Positions 42,726-51,785 of a stretch of 64,000 nt of DNA are shown here, one piece after another. A program made the position numbers and the translations under genes. Source of the stretch: a virus (taxonomy: Duplodnaviria; Caudoviricetes); the IMG/VR virus record IMGVR_UViG_3300024331_000007, positions 160,001 through 224,000 of that record. One strand, written 5' to 3'. Under the pieces are notes generated by a model. The model was not told the DNA's origin and ran no database searches. It saw nothing but the letters and a program-made list of their open reading frames with translations. How positions within the stretch are numbered: position 1 is the stretch's first letter; each line of letters begins with the position of its first letter.

Positions 42726-42904
42726 TTCTCTCCAGCTTTTTGCATAGCGAATGCATGTTCGTCGGTCAAGTAATACGAACAAATAGAATATGCGAGAGAA
42801 CCGTTCGGTGGAATCCACACAACAGGAGGACATTCTCTCGGATCATTTTCAATGGTCCATCCATGAAATAACAAATACACAGATTTTTCCTGATCTTCCA
42901 GCAT
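42722..42904 (-). CDS. YLxLxGW paralog
   Basis: QEKSVYLLFHGW...WIPP...HAFAMQK. Confidence 0.7.
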   Translation of the reverse strand: MLEDQEKSVYLLFHGWTIENDPRECPPVVWIPPNGSLAYSICSYYLTDEHAFAMQKAGEK

Positions 42905-42915
42905 GAAAACCTTTC

Positions 42916-43167
42916 TTAGAAGTAATAATGTCCGTCAGTTTGAACCTCAATCATCGCATCATTCCAGCGATGACGCAGAGAGGCAAGAATACGTTCCCAT
43001 GTTGCAATCGCCTCTTCATTGTATCGGCCCGTCTCGCCAGAATGCAATGCAATGAGAACCTTATTCGCCTTCTCAATGCTATTCGCAATGGTTTCGACGC
43101 TGACAATGCGACTCGAATCCTTCGGATTCATAGCTGGCTTTTCTTTGATCTTCGGTAAGAATCTCAT
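42916..43167 (-). CDS. hypothetical early protein (leaderless start)
   Basis: ATG 7 nt after -10 at 43174. Confidence 0.6.
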   Translation of the reverse strand: MRFLPKIKEKPAMNPKDSSRIVSVETIANSIEKANKVLIALHSGETGRYNEEAIATWERILASLRHRWNDAMIEVQTDGHYYF

Positions 43168-43173
43168 GAACAC

Positions 43174-43202
43174 AGTATACCAAACTTTCCCTTTATTGTC
43201 AA
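43174..43202 (-). promoter_or_regulatory. sigma70 early promoter
   Basis: TTGACA-17(..GTTTGG)-TATACT. Confidence 0.88.
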
Positions 43203-43222
43203 CTAGAATAAGTCCTTTGTTT

Positions 43223-43762
43223 TCAACACAAACAAGACTTAGCCCATTCTCCAATCTTTGCCAATTCTTCCAAGGAAGCATTATTTTTGATTGTGTTAGC
43301 TTTTTTAGAGATGATGTGTATGTTTCCCTTTTCGTATCCCAAAGAATTATTAATTCTATCAATTGATGGTGAATTTGGATTATTGGTTCTATCTCCACGA
43401 AACAGAGGAATCCCAAGCAGAGGACAAATCTGTGGAATGATGATATCAGATGGCTCAAGATTAAAAACCATATTATGATCCTTAGCTCTTTTCTTTGCTC
43501 CCTGAAGTAGCATTTTTATATGATTTTTATCCTTATTCCGAGCGTATCTCTGAGCACTCTGTTTTTTAATTCGTTCTTCATTTTTCTTGTAACGATCTTT
43601 ACTACGTTTCAAAAACGCTTCTTTATTTTTCAAGTATCTTTCGGCGTTTTGTTTCTTGATTTTATCTTTGTTTTTAATGGCATATTCTTTATTCTTCTTA
43701 TCAATCTTTTCCTTGTTTCGAGCATAGTATGATGCATCATATTCCGTTCGTTTACATGTCAT
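43223..43762 (-). CDS. HNH-like endonuclease with basic repeat N-terminus
   Basis: CPLLG...SPSIDRINNSLGYEKGNIHIISKKANTIKN; SD GGAGG; TAAATA at 43780. Confidence 0.8.
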   Translation of the reverse strand: MTCKRTEYDASYYARNKEKIDKKNKEYAIKNKDKIKKQNAERYLKNKEAFLKRSKDRYKKNEERIKKQSAQRYARNKDKNHIKMLLQGAKKRAKDHNMVFNLEPSDIIIPQICPLLGIPLFRGDRTNNPNSPSIDRINNSLGYEKGNIHIISKKANTIKNNASLEELAKIGEWAKSCLC

Positions 43763-43766
43763 AAAT

Positions 43767-44765
43767 TTACCTCCATGTATATTTATCGTATACGGAAATA
43801 TGAAAGCATTTCTGTAAAAATTCTTCCTCAACATCAATATTTCCTATCAACCCATCAAATGTCAAATAGTTCCGCATCCATGCTAACTCTTCTTTTGAAA
43901 AGTTATGCTTGTTAATATCAACTGCAATTCCAGTAAGATGTGGACTTGCGGCATCACCTGAGATTGCGGCTGCATTGCGATTGATTCGAAGTAAATGCCT
44001 TTGTACCTTGATGGTTCGAACTGCCGAATCAACTACGAGAGGCTTTTCAAACTCTCGATAATACGCATCCGAAACATCAATCAAAAATGCAGCTACCCAC
44101 GGACGACAATAGCGCCTATTCTTCGGCAACCTCTTATCAACAGCAAGATGTTGTGACGTTGGAATAGGAACGAGAGCTTGTGTTGCAACAAGATAATCCA
44201 ATTCCTTGTCATCTTTAATTTGTTCTAATCCTTCTTGCTCTGCCATTTTATTTTGATGCAGGAGAACTTCATGTGAACCATATAATGGGATGCTTCGTAT
44301 AGCTGATATACTACCATCAATACTTGTGTAGAATCGCTGGTGTCCGATCACACAGTATAATTTGTATCGCTTCGACTTGAATGGTTTGTTGTTGAAATAC
44401 AACACATCCGAGGGCAATGAAAGTTCGTCGGACCCATCCAACACCTTAGCAGCAACAATTGAAAAGTATTCCTGACGTTTCTTTGGAATTGCTTTTCGTC
44501 CTGTTGCATTGAAACCGAATTGCCAGTGTTTACCTGAATGCTGCTTTGTCACTGAACATGGTGAATCGGCAATACCAGCGCGAATACGATTCATGATTAC
44601 TGTTGCCACAGCATACTGACCTTTAAGTGATTCCCCTCCAGCTTCTCGATATATTGTTTCAGCAAGACAAGCAACATCCTTGTTTGAAAATTGTTGGGCT
44701 TGGCATTTATATGATGACAACATCATAATCATACATATCATTAATATCTGATACATTTTTTTCAT
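43767..44765 (-). CDS. two-domain cell-wall hydrolase: SleB-like Hydrolase_2 plus DUF5715/M15-like peptidase
   Basis: Signal-like N-terminus; CLAETIYREAGGE...IGHQRFY; SAVRT...HLTGIAVDI...EE..CFHISV. Confidence 0.75.
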   Translation of the reverse strand: MKKMYQILMICMIMMLSSYKCQAQQFSNKDVACLAETIYREAGGESLKGQYAVATVIMNRIRAGIADSPCSVTKQHSGKHWQFGFNATGRKAIPKKRQEYFSIVAAKVLDGSDELSLPSDVLYFNNKPFKSKRYKLYCVIGHQRFYTSIDGSISAIRSIPLYGSHEVLLHQNKMAEQEGLEQIKDDKELDYLVATQALVPIPTSQHLAVDKRLPKNRRYCRPWVAAFLIDVSDAYYREFEKPLVVDSAVRTIKVQRHLLRINRNAAAISGDAASPHLTGIAVDINKHNFSKEELAWMRNYLTFDGLIGNIDVEEEFLQKCFHISVYDKYTWR

Positions 44766-45460
44766 AAATGTTTTCCTTTGCAATTTTCGTTATGCCATCT
44801 ATTGACAGTTGCAATATCTACTATGCGATGACAATATTTGCATTCAACTTTTGGTCTTGGAGATAGTGATTTACCAATTCTTGATTTTGAATGTTGTAAT
44901 CTAGTTTCCTGTGCTACTTTCCTTCCTGTGGCATAATCTCGTTGTTTTTGTTTTGTATCTTCGGAATGCTGGATTCCTTTGTTCCAAGGAATTTTTCCAA
45001 ACATCGGATTTAGCTTTCCTTTCAAACCTACACCACCCATTTTTGCTTTAGCTATTTTTCTCTTTTGTCTTTCTGCCATCGGCACACCTTTATTAACAAC
45101 AGTACGACCTTTATGATACTCACTGATAGCCTTTGAAAATTCTTTTTTCAGATATGCATAAACCCGTGACGTGACCTTTATGGATTTTTGTTTACTGTTT
45201 CCATTCGCTAAGCGATGCCATGCAAAAATCATTTTATGTCTTGCTTGACCAACAGTAAATTTAGTTAACAGCCAGTGACAAATAAAATGTTCTCTCGCCG
45301 TCAAACTACATAAATTTTTCTTTTCGTTGCTTCCTCCCAAACATCGTGGCAGTATATGATGCCTTTCATAGTATTCTCCTGTTACCCTTATGCGCAATTG
45401 TGCTCGATAAATTAAACTATCGTACCAGCGAGAATATTTGTTAGTTAGCATCAGTGTCAT
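44762..45460 (-). CDS. HNH homing endonuclease with NUMOD3 tail
   Basis: ERHHILPRCLGGSN...LTAREHFICHWLL; TAAATA at 45467. Confidence 0.9.
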   Translation of the reverse strand: MTLMLTNKYSRWYDSLIYRAQLRIRVTGEYYERHHILPRCLGGSNEKKNLCSLTAREHFICHWLLTKFTVGQARHKMIFAWHRLANGNSKQKSIKVTSRVYAYLKKEFSKAISEYHKGRTVVNKGVPMAERQKRKIAKAKMGGVGLKGKLNPMFGKIPWNKGIQHSEDTKQKQRDYATGRKVAQETRLQHSKSRIGKSLSPRPKVECKYCHRIVDIATVNRWHNENCKGKHL

Positions 45461-45520
45461 ATCTACTATTTATCATCAAAAGAATCAACAACATACAAAA
45501 AATTCATTGATGATTTGTCT

Positions 45521-45551
45521 AAAAGCGAAATCCCCGCAACGTGCGGGGATT
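45521..45551 (-). terminator. intrinsic terminator
   Basis: AATCCCCGCA/TGCGGGGATT plus TCGCTTTT. Confidence 0.7.
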
Positions 45552-45570
45552 AGCGCGGTTAAACTACGTT

Positions 45571-46116
45571 TTACTTTGTCTTCGTTTCTGGCTCCGCCAC
45601 TGCCCATTCGCTAATCGAATGCAACTTCCAAGGGCTAACAATTACGCGAGGTTCAACGTACATTGGCTGAAATCCCTGCTTTTTGCTTGGGTCAGAACAT
45701 AGAACCCATGTGCCTTCAGCAGTCGGGGGCATGTAAAGACCGTTCGGCTCAGCCTGTGGCAAGTTGTAATACACACCCTGATACGGATGAATTGCCTTTT
45801 CAGGATTGCTGTACTGTACTCCGTATGGCAATCCATAACCAATGGAATTGCAGACATGATGCAAATTTCCGTTCATATCAATCACATACGAGTAAGTCAA
45901 AAGTTTCTGATCGCGAAGTTCATACAAATACTTCACGTTCTTCAACTCTGTAAAGTTCGGAGTGTTTGGTAGTCCAGTTTCAGCAACGGCTTCCTGTTGA
46001 GACTGCTCCTGCTTGGCCTGAATCTTCTGGTCAGCAGTCGGCTGAGTGTCGTCGCATCCAGCAACGAACAACGCAGCACCAATGAGGGCGATTGCACCGA
46101 TATAGCGACGATTCAT
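45571..46116 (-). CDS. lipoprotein (conserved phage family)
   Basis: Lipobox FVAGC; GYGLPY..QYSNP, QAEPNGLY, YVEP. Confidence 0.8.
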   Translation of the reverse strand: MNRRYIGAIALIGAALFVAGCDDTQPTADQKIQAKQEQSQQEAVAETGLPNTPNFTELKNVKYLYELRDQKLLTYSYVIDMNGNLHHVCNSIGYGLPYGVQYSNPEKAIHPYQGVYYNLPQAEPNGLYMPPTAEGTWVLCSDPSKKQGFQPMYVEPRVIVSPWKLHSISEWAVAEPETKTK

Positions 46117-46496
46117 TACTCACTCCTTAGTTGATTGATGAAAACCTGTTCATCCTCAGGCAACAGAGAATTGTTAATCTCAGACGCTTCATGCAAAATC
46201 TGCGTCTTGATTGCATCCTTCTCGTCTGCGTCTTTAGACCGTTGATAAGCAGCACGAAGGTCTGAAATACGATTTGACTTTCCAAGCACAAAGCTGGGTG
46301 TGTTCACAAACACCTTTCGCTCTGCCGCCGCCTGCTTAGGTGCCCAAAAACTGTAAATGGCAAGGTCGCCGCCAGTGGCAAGAAAACCAAAACCATACAG
46401 GACAACCATCAGCACCAAAATTCCAAAAACGGCTCGTGGAAGAGTCCAAAAACCCTCCCGCTCAAATTCTCTGAAACCATCACGATAATCACTCAT
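46116..46496 (-). CDS. membrane-anchored partner of the lipoprotein
   Basis: Single TM; coupled to the lipoprotein gene. Confidence 0.65.
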   Translation of the reverse strand: MSDYRDGFREFEREGFWTLPRAVFGILVLMVVLYGFGFLATGGDLAIYSFWAPKQAAAERKVFVNTPSFVLGKSNRISDLRAAYQRSKDADEKDAIKTQILHEASEINNSLLPEDEQVFINQLRSE

Positions 46497-46744
46497 ATTG
46501 TTTCCTTTCCATCTTCTTTCTTTTTAACTTGTGCGCCATCATCCTGCGCAAAACCCATTCCCAACAAAACAGCATCAACTGCTACGAAAAATAACAGTAC
46601 CGAGGCAACACCATACCGGTGATCATGTGCAAGATATCCACCCAAATAAGAGATACCTATTCCAAGAAATGCCAAAAACAAAAATAAATAAAGTCTCCAA
46701 CGCATATTACTCTTCCTCTGGTTTGAAAATCTCAAACGATTCAA
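46493..46744 (-). CDS. small membrane protein
   Basis: 2 TM. Confidence 0.55.
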   Translation of the reverse strand: MNRLRFSNQRKSNMRWRLYLFLFLAFLGIGISYLGGYLAHDHRYGVASVLLFFVAVDAVLLGMGFAQDDGAQVKKKEDGKETI

Positions 46745-46913
46745 TAATTATCGAAAGGACAAGCACAAATGGAGATAAGATGATTGCGGTTATCAACATC
46801 CATGAATATGCTCTGTCACCATCGCGATGCTTTCGCTTTTCCAAAAAGCCTTTCAGCGCAATATCAAGACTCAGAACAAACCATAGCGTGAAAAACAACT
46901 GTTCGTATATCAT
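46707..46913 (-). CDS. small membrane protein
   Basis: 2 TM. Confidence 0.55.
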   Translation of the reverse strand: MIYEQLFFTLWFVLSLDIALKGFLEKRKHRDGDRAYSWMLITAIILSPFVLVLSIIIESFEIFKPEEE

Positions 46914-47067
46914 TTGTTTGTCTCTTCTTTCTTTAGTTCTTCAGTCAGCCATTTTTCCGCAAAACTTTTTGGCACTGGGGAAGACTCTTGTTTGTCTCCA
47001 TTGTAGAGACACCAAACTTCAACATTACCCACTTTTGTGTGAAGACGAATGTGCCATCCTTGATGGC

Positions 47068-47577
47068 TCATGCTCCACCGCCGTCAATCAGCATTTGTGT
47101 ATGCCGCTGCCGTGCCAACTCTTGATCGCGCTTATATATGACTTCACGCAAGAAATTCAATGCTCTGTTGTATCGTTTCAGAATGTCTCTGCCTTCTGGC
47201 GGAAGTGCTGCAATCCTCTCAGGTTGCATATTGTCTTGCAAGTCAGCAAGTTTCACTTCAAGTCCAATTTGATTTTTGGATGCACGTTCAATCAAAGACA
47301 TATAGGTTTCTTTGACGGGATGTACTCGCCGTGACACGGAATCAACCGCATCGGCAACAACTTGACCCCATTTTTCGGCAATGAAAGATAGAGGAACGTC
47401 ACAATCTTCAACAACATCATGAAGAATGGCTGCGATGAAATAATCTTCGCCTAAATCTAACACTGAAAGAGCAACCCGCAAAACATGACCAAAATAAGGC
47501 CGACCGCCCTTATCAACCTGTCCTGAATGTTTCTCCAGCGCGAAGTCAATTGCAGATTGCATACGTGCGCTAATCAT
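47068..47577 (-). CDS. HD-domain RelA/SpoT-hydrolase-like protein (second copy); leaderless start
   Basis: KHSGQVDKGGRPYFGH, ILHDVVED, VKLADLQDN. Confidence 0.88.
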   Translation of the reverse strand: MISARMQSAIDFALEKHSGQVDKGGRPYFGHVLRVALSVLDLGEDYFIAAILHDVVEDCDVPLSFIAEKWGQVVADAVDSVSRRVHPVKETYMSLIERASKNQIGLEVKLADLQDNMQPERIAALPPEGRDILKRYNRALNFLREVIYKRDQELARQRHTQMLIDGGGA

Positions 47578-47583
47578 GTTTAA

Positions 47584-47612
47584 AGATTACAGGAAAAGCA
47601 CCCGTTTGTCAA
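47584..47612 (-). promoter_or_regulatory. sigma70 promoter
   Basis: TTGACA-17-TAATCT. Confidence 0.75.
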
Positions 47613-47655
47613 TGAAAGTAAAATCAAAGTTTGGTATTTTGTTGGAAGTCCTACA

Positions 47656-49644
47656 TTATGTACGGATTAACCCGCCGCCGATTGTGGAGCGTCCTGTTGG
47701 TGGAGTGACCAAACTAACAGGATTTGTGGCTAGAGATTGATTAACCAAACTGTTCGCTTGCAAAACTTGTGCGTTCTGTGCTTCTGCGACTGTTGCATTC
47801 AATGCTTGTCCTGTGAGCGTGGAAATATCAATGCAGTTCATAACGTTGTTCAAACCCGTGACTTCATCGGCATTTGGTATTTGACTTGCAATAGATGCCA
47901 TTGACGCAAGAGACGATGGGAAACTTGTCAATGAAGAGAGGCCGCTTGGAGCACCGGGAATTTTCATAAACATGGCATTTTGTGGTGGATTGTCAATCAT
48001 AACAGTTTGACTTGCACCATAATATTTGTGAATGATTGAAAGAACAAGTCCTGTCAATCCTCCAACCTTCGGAAAATTTGAAACAAGATTGGATGCGATT
48101 GCTGTTGGATTGATCGGTGCGAAGTTTCCATTGGCAGCGGATAGCACAATACTGTTGTTGTGTGTTTCTGCAATTCCATTGTACGATGTGAACAAAGATG
48201 TATCAGTTAATGTCGGGGCGATGTTTGCAAGATTCTGAGCATTTTGATTGATGAGCGCAGAACCACCAACAGCTAAGCTGTTGATGTCGGCGTATGTTGA
48301 ACCATCGCTCAACGTTACGGGAAACACATTATCAGTCAGGGCAGCTTTTATATTACCAGTGTCAGAACTAATGTTTGCGTAGTGTGTTGTTGTCGTGAGT
48401 GGTTGCAATCCAAGACTTGTACTTGACAATGCCTGATTGAAGTTTGTTGATCCCAGAACATCATCAACTGTGGGATTACCGTTTGTTCCTGATCCCGGTC
48501 CAAAAGATGTTTGCAGATTTGCAAATTGATCCTGAGAGATTGGTGAAGTCAATGCCATCAACTCTGGTGAATTTGTCAGTGGCGTAATTTGTGCCATCGT
48601 TGTTCCCAACGCTGTCATGGACGGAAGGTTTGTAAGACCGGGAACGTTCGTTACAAGGCCGCGAATCAAATGGTATGCATCCAACGTGGCGCTGCCAAGA
48701 GCTAAGGCATTAGAAATAATTGCAGTGACAGTAGGACCAAGCATGAGCGGAATGTTTAGCGCATCTGTCCACTGATAGATTGCTGGTGCTGCATTTGATC
48801 CCACTCCAAAGAATGACACAACAGCATCCAAGTCTCCAGTCTGAGTCAATGCATCGTTTGCTGCCTGACCAATCACAGCATCGAGCGGATTCAATTCAGT
48901 AATGAGGAAGGTATCATCGGCTGACATTCCAACTGGATTTGCGATAACGTAATCAAACAACTCACTACCGATTACTACTGTGTTTACAGTCGTGGGATCA
49001 ACAATTGTCTTTCCAAAAAAGTTTAGATGCAGGTTTCCAATTGTATCGTTTCCAGAATCCAGAATCTCTTTGAAGCAACCAGCATTGCTGAATCCACTGA
49101 AAGGATCGCTTGGAATCATGAGAGTTCCAAGTTCTGAAATTGCATTTGCAACTGAGATAAACTGAACTGGATCATTGCCGCCAATTGACGAGAACCCACC
49201 GCTTGCGCTCAGCGCAGGACTTCCAGACCATTGTGTAGCTGCCGCCGTTCCTAGAACAGCTTGCGTGGTTGCGGCATAGCTTTGGGCCTGTCCTAGAACT
49301 TGCAGATATACGTTTGCTGTGGGACTTCCACCAAACCACGCTACGGTACGTGCTGGAGCTATTTCAAATAAAGGTCCAGTTCCAAGGTTGGAAGCGAAAT
49401 CGTTTGGGATTTGTCCGAATACGTGAGGGAAAGAGTTCGCACCGATACTCTTCAACAGATTGGCGTTCGTTGGTGTGAGGCCAAATGGAAGGGTATTTGC
49501 GGTGGAATAGATGTTGCTGAAATTTGTTACAGGAGCGTAGCTGCTGTAGGCAGTTAGATTGACTGCGATATTTGGCGGAGCAATGCCCTCGCCGTTTTGT
49601 AGGCCAGTTGAGGCCAGTATTTGAAATCCTGTTAATCCGTTCAT
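47656..49644 (-). CDS. putative virion structural (tail/baseplate-associated) protein
   Basis: 662 aa, Ala/Asn/Ser/Thr-rich; TAAATA 6 nt before ATG. Confidence 0.55.
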   Translation of the reverse strand: MNGLTGFQILASTGLQNGEGIAPPNIAVNLTAYSSYAPVTNFSNIYSTANTLPFGLTPTNANLLKSIGANSFPHVFGQIPNDFASNLGTGPLFEIAPARTVAWFGGSPTANVYLQVLGQAQSYAATTQAVLGTAAATQWSGSPALSASGGFSSIGGNDPVQFISVANAISELGTLMIPSDPFSGFSNAGCFKEILDSGNDTIGNLHLNFFGKTIVDPTTVNTVVIGSELFDYVIANPVGMSADDTFLITELNPLDAVIGQAANDALTQTGDLDAVVSFFGVGSNAAPAIYQWTDALNIPLMLGPTVTAIISNALALGSATLDAYHLIRGLVTNVPGLTNLPSMTALGTTMAQITPLTNSPELMALTSPISQDQFANLQTSFGPGSGTNGNPTVDDVLGSTNFNQALSSTSLGLQPLTTTTHYANISSDTGNIKAALTDNVFPVTLSDGSTYADINSLAVGGSALINQNAQNLANIAPTLTDTSLFTSYNGIAETHNNSIVLSAANGNFAPINPTAIASNLVSNFPKVGGLTGLVLSIIHKYYGASQTVMIDNPPQNAMFMKIPGAPSGLSSLTSFPSSLASMASIASQIPNADEVTGLNNVMNCIDISTLTGQALNATVAEAQNAQVLQANSLVNQSLATNPVSLVTPPTGRSTIGGGLIRT

Positions 49645-49683
49645 ACTAATATTTAGGCTCTCAAATAATGGCCTTTTGGCGTG

Positions 49684-49980
49684 TTATCCAAGCAAAATAC
49701 TGGACTTTGGTACGACCAATTTGCTTGTTGATTGGACATATGAGTCACGAAACTCTGAACGAATTTCTGTTGTGGATACCGCGATGCTTGCCTTTGATAG
49801 AGTGATTGGTCTATCTTCTGCTGCTGAGAATAGAAGTGGCGCTAAGCGAAGCTGTCCACCCGGTACAAGCATGATTGAACGTGCGTTATGCAATTCAAAT
49901 TCGTTTCCCTTGTCTACTACACTGGCAATGAGTTCTTCGCCAGATGTAAGTTTTATTGCCATGATTACTTGTTCTTCCAT
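49684..49980 (-). CDS. Sm/Lsm-like fold protein
   Basis: IKLTSGEELIA...ELHNAR...LAPLL...ITL beta pattern. Confidence 0.65.
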   Translation of the reverse strand: MEEQVIMAIKLTSGEELIASVVDKGNEFELHNARSIMLVPGGQLRLAPLLFSAAEDRPITLSKASIAVSTTEIRSEFRDSYVQSTSKLVVPKSSILLG

Positions 49981-49981
49981 A

Positions 49982-50614
49982 TTATTTCCTTTTATTCTTC
50001 ATCGTATTTGAAATTTTTATCTTTGTTTCTTCTGATCTTTTCTTGCCACTCCAAAAGCCTTTATTTCCTTTTCTACTCAAAGACATTTTCTTTTTTGTTT
50101 CTTCTGAAAAGATTCTACCCTTCAGAGATTTTGACAAGTTTTTCTTATGCTCATTTGAGCGAGGCTTATGTTTGACCCTAAATTTACTTTTTCTTTCTTC
50201 ACTGTATGGTCCAAGTTTTTTACCTTTACACCACGGACTTTTACCTTTCATCGCTTCCGAAAGATGTTTTTTTCTCTCCTCACTATGAGGACCAAACTTT
50301 TTCCCACGAATAGTTCCTGCCAATCCATTTTCTATTTCTAGGTTAGCCCATTCATCAGAATCAACAATGTTATTCATTTCTGAGAATCTGGTTGCAAAAA
50401 ATACTAAGCTATCTCGTTCAGTAAAAAGATGAACCCAAAGAGTCTCTATATCATTTCCATGAATTTTGAGATGCCTCAACCAATATTTTCCTGATCCACG
50501 ATACTTGTATGGATCATTTTTGGTTGTTCTCCCAAAATATTTTAGTCCTGTTTTATTGTGTCGTTTTACATACAGCCATGTTACGGCAACATAATCATCA
50601 TTCAAGATAAGCAT
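49982..50614 (-). CDS. GIY-YIG homing endonuclease with NUMOD3
   Basis: WLYVKRHNKTGLKYFGRT...YRGSGKYW...WANLEIENG; TAAATA at 50628. Confidence 0.88.
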   Translation of the reverse strand: MLILNDDYVAVTWLYVKRHNKTGLKYFGRTTKNDPYKYRGSGKYWLRHLKIHGNDIETLWVHLFTERDSLVFFATRFSEMNNIVDSDEWANLEIENGLAGTIRGKKFGPHSEERKKHLSEAMKGKSPWCKGKKLGPYSEERKSKFRVKHKPRSNEHKKNLSKSLKGRIFSEETKKKMSLSRKGNKGFWSGKKRSEETKIKISNTMKNKRK

Positions 50615-50630
50615 AAATCCTCAACCGTAT

Positions 50631-51056
50631 TTATGCATCAACTCCTAATTTGGATAAAATATCTTCTCTTTTGACAATACTGGATACTGTATAATCAGTC
50701 AATGGATAGTCGTCCAGTACAATAGCTGCCTTCTCGCCCTGAATAATGTCTTCTATGATTGCAAGTTTAATGTCATGCTCTTTGCCGTGTTCACTAAGCA
50801 GCAACGTATAAAAAGTCCCGAGTGCTTGTGAGTTCACGCAAAATGTTGTCTGACCAAACAAGTCCCAAGGTGTAGGCCACTGGTCAACCTTCGCAATATC
50901 AAAATGCGGTTTGTTGATGCGTGGACCCGAATCCCAATTCGTTTTGATTGTCTCAACAGCTTGTTCAAACGGAAGGGTATCAATGTACTTGCGAAATTTT
51001 CGTATGCTAATAATTCTTGATTCTGGTGTTCCAAGCCAAGCAATCTTGTCAGCCAT
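50631..51056 (-). CDS. conserved phage protein, possible transglutaminase/papain-like
   Basis: WPTPWDL...FCxxSQALGTFYTL. Confidence 0.45.
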   Translation of the reverse strand: MADKIAWLGTPESRIISIRKFRKYIDTLPFEQAVETIKTNWDSGPRINKPHFDIAKVDQWPTPWDLFGQTTFCVNSQALGTFYTLLLSEHGKEHDIKLAIIEDIIQGEKAAIVLDDYPLTDYTVSSIVKREDILSKLGVDA

Positions 51057-51057
51057 A

Positions 51058-51747
51058 TTATCCCTCTAGTTTTTTAGCGTAGAACTTGTACAGACGATCC
51101 CACCACAAATCCGAATACTTATCAAATGTATCAGGGGTTATTTCAAACTGTTGATACTGCAAGTCTGGGCTGCACATCATAATAACACCGCGCTTAATGT
51201 CAGTGCCATACAACGCATTGTGCGCCCAAGCATACGCGGCCAACTGTAAGAAGTAGTCCTCAATCCATTCTTTCTTTTTTGGTCTATTGGTTTGCTTGAA
51301 GTCGATGATGGCAATCTCACCCTTGTATAATGCAACGCAATCTGTAGCTCCAGCATAAAGTTCTGGATGAAACAAACTAACTTCAGAACCATAAAATTCA
51401 GTTACATGCTTCAGTCCATTGTTGACAACATGTGTTGCCATTTTATGACTTTCAACTGAAAACGGGTTTGTACCAGAATCACTTACTTCATCATGCAGCA
51501 TGTAATGTTCTAGGAAGGTATGCATTCTGGTGCCGCGATTAGCTGCTTCTTTAGTAATCGATGCTGCTCTTTCGTGACCAACACGCTTGCGCCAAGATTC
51601 CAACGCAACTTTCTTTTCTTCTGATTTAGTTCTATCAAGGATAGTCGTAACGCTGGGGAGTTTCGAACCATCAGGACAGGAATACAGACGCATTCCGTTT
51701 TCTGATTTTCGAGATAGTTTTTGATATGGAAATTTTGATACTAGCAT
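51058..51747 (-). CDS. PD-(D/E)xK exonuclease (Cas4/RecB-like)
   Basis: PSVTTIL, RGTRMH, YAGATDC, IIDFKQT, QLAAYA. Confidence 0.9.
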   Translation of the reverse strand: MLVSKFPYQKLSRKSENGMRLYSCPDGSKLPSVTTILDRTKSEEKKVALESWRKRVGHERAASITKEAANRGTRMHTFLEHYMLHDEVSDSGTNPFSVESHKMATHVVNNGLKHVTEFYGSEVSLFHPELYAGATDCVALYKGEIAIIDFKQTNRPKKKEWIEDYFLQLAAYAWAHNALYGTDIKRGVIMMCSPDLQYQQFEITPDTFDKYSDLWWDRLYKFYAKKLEG

Positions 51748-51785
51748 TTGTTTAGTATACTACTGCGTTACTTTGAATACAACAA

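Noticed and set aside
46531-47334. 267-aa plus-strand ORF
   Set aside because: Spans several minus-strand genes, with atypical composition and no domain.
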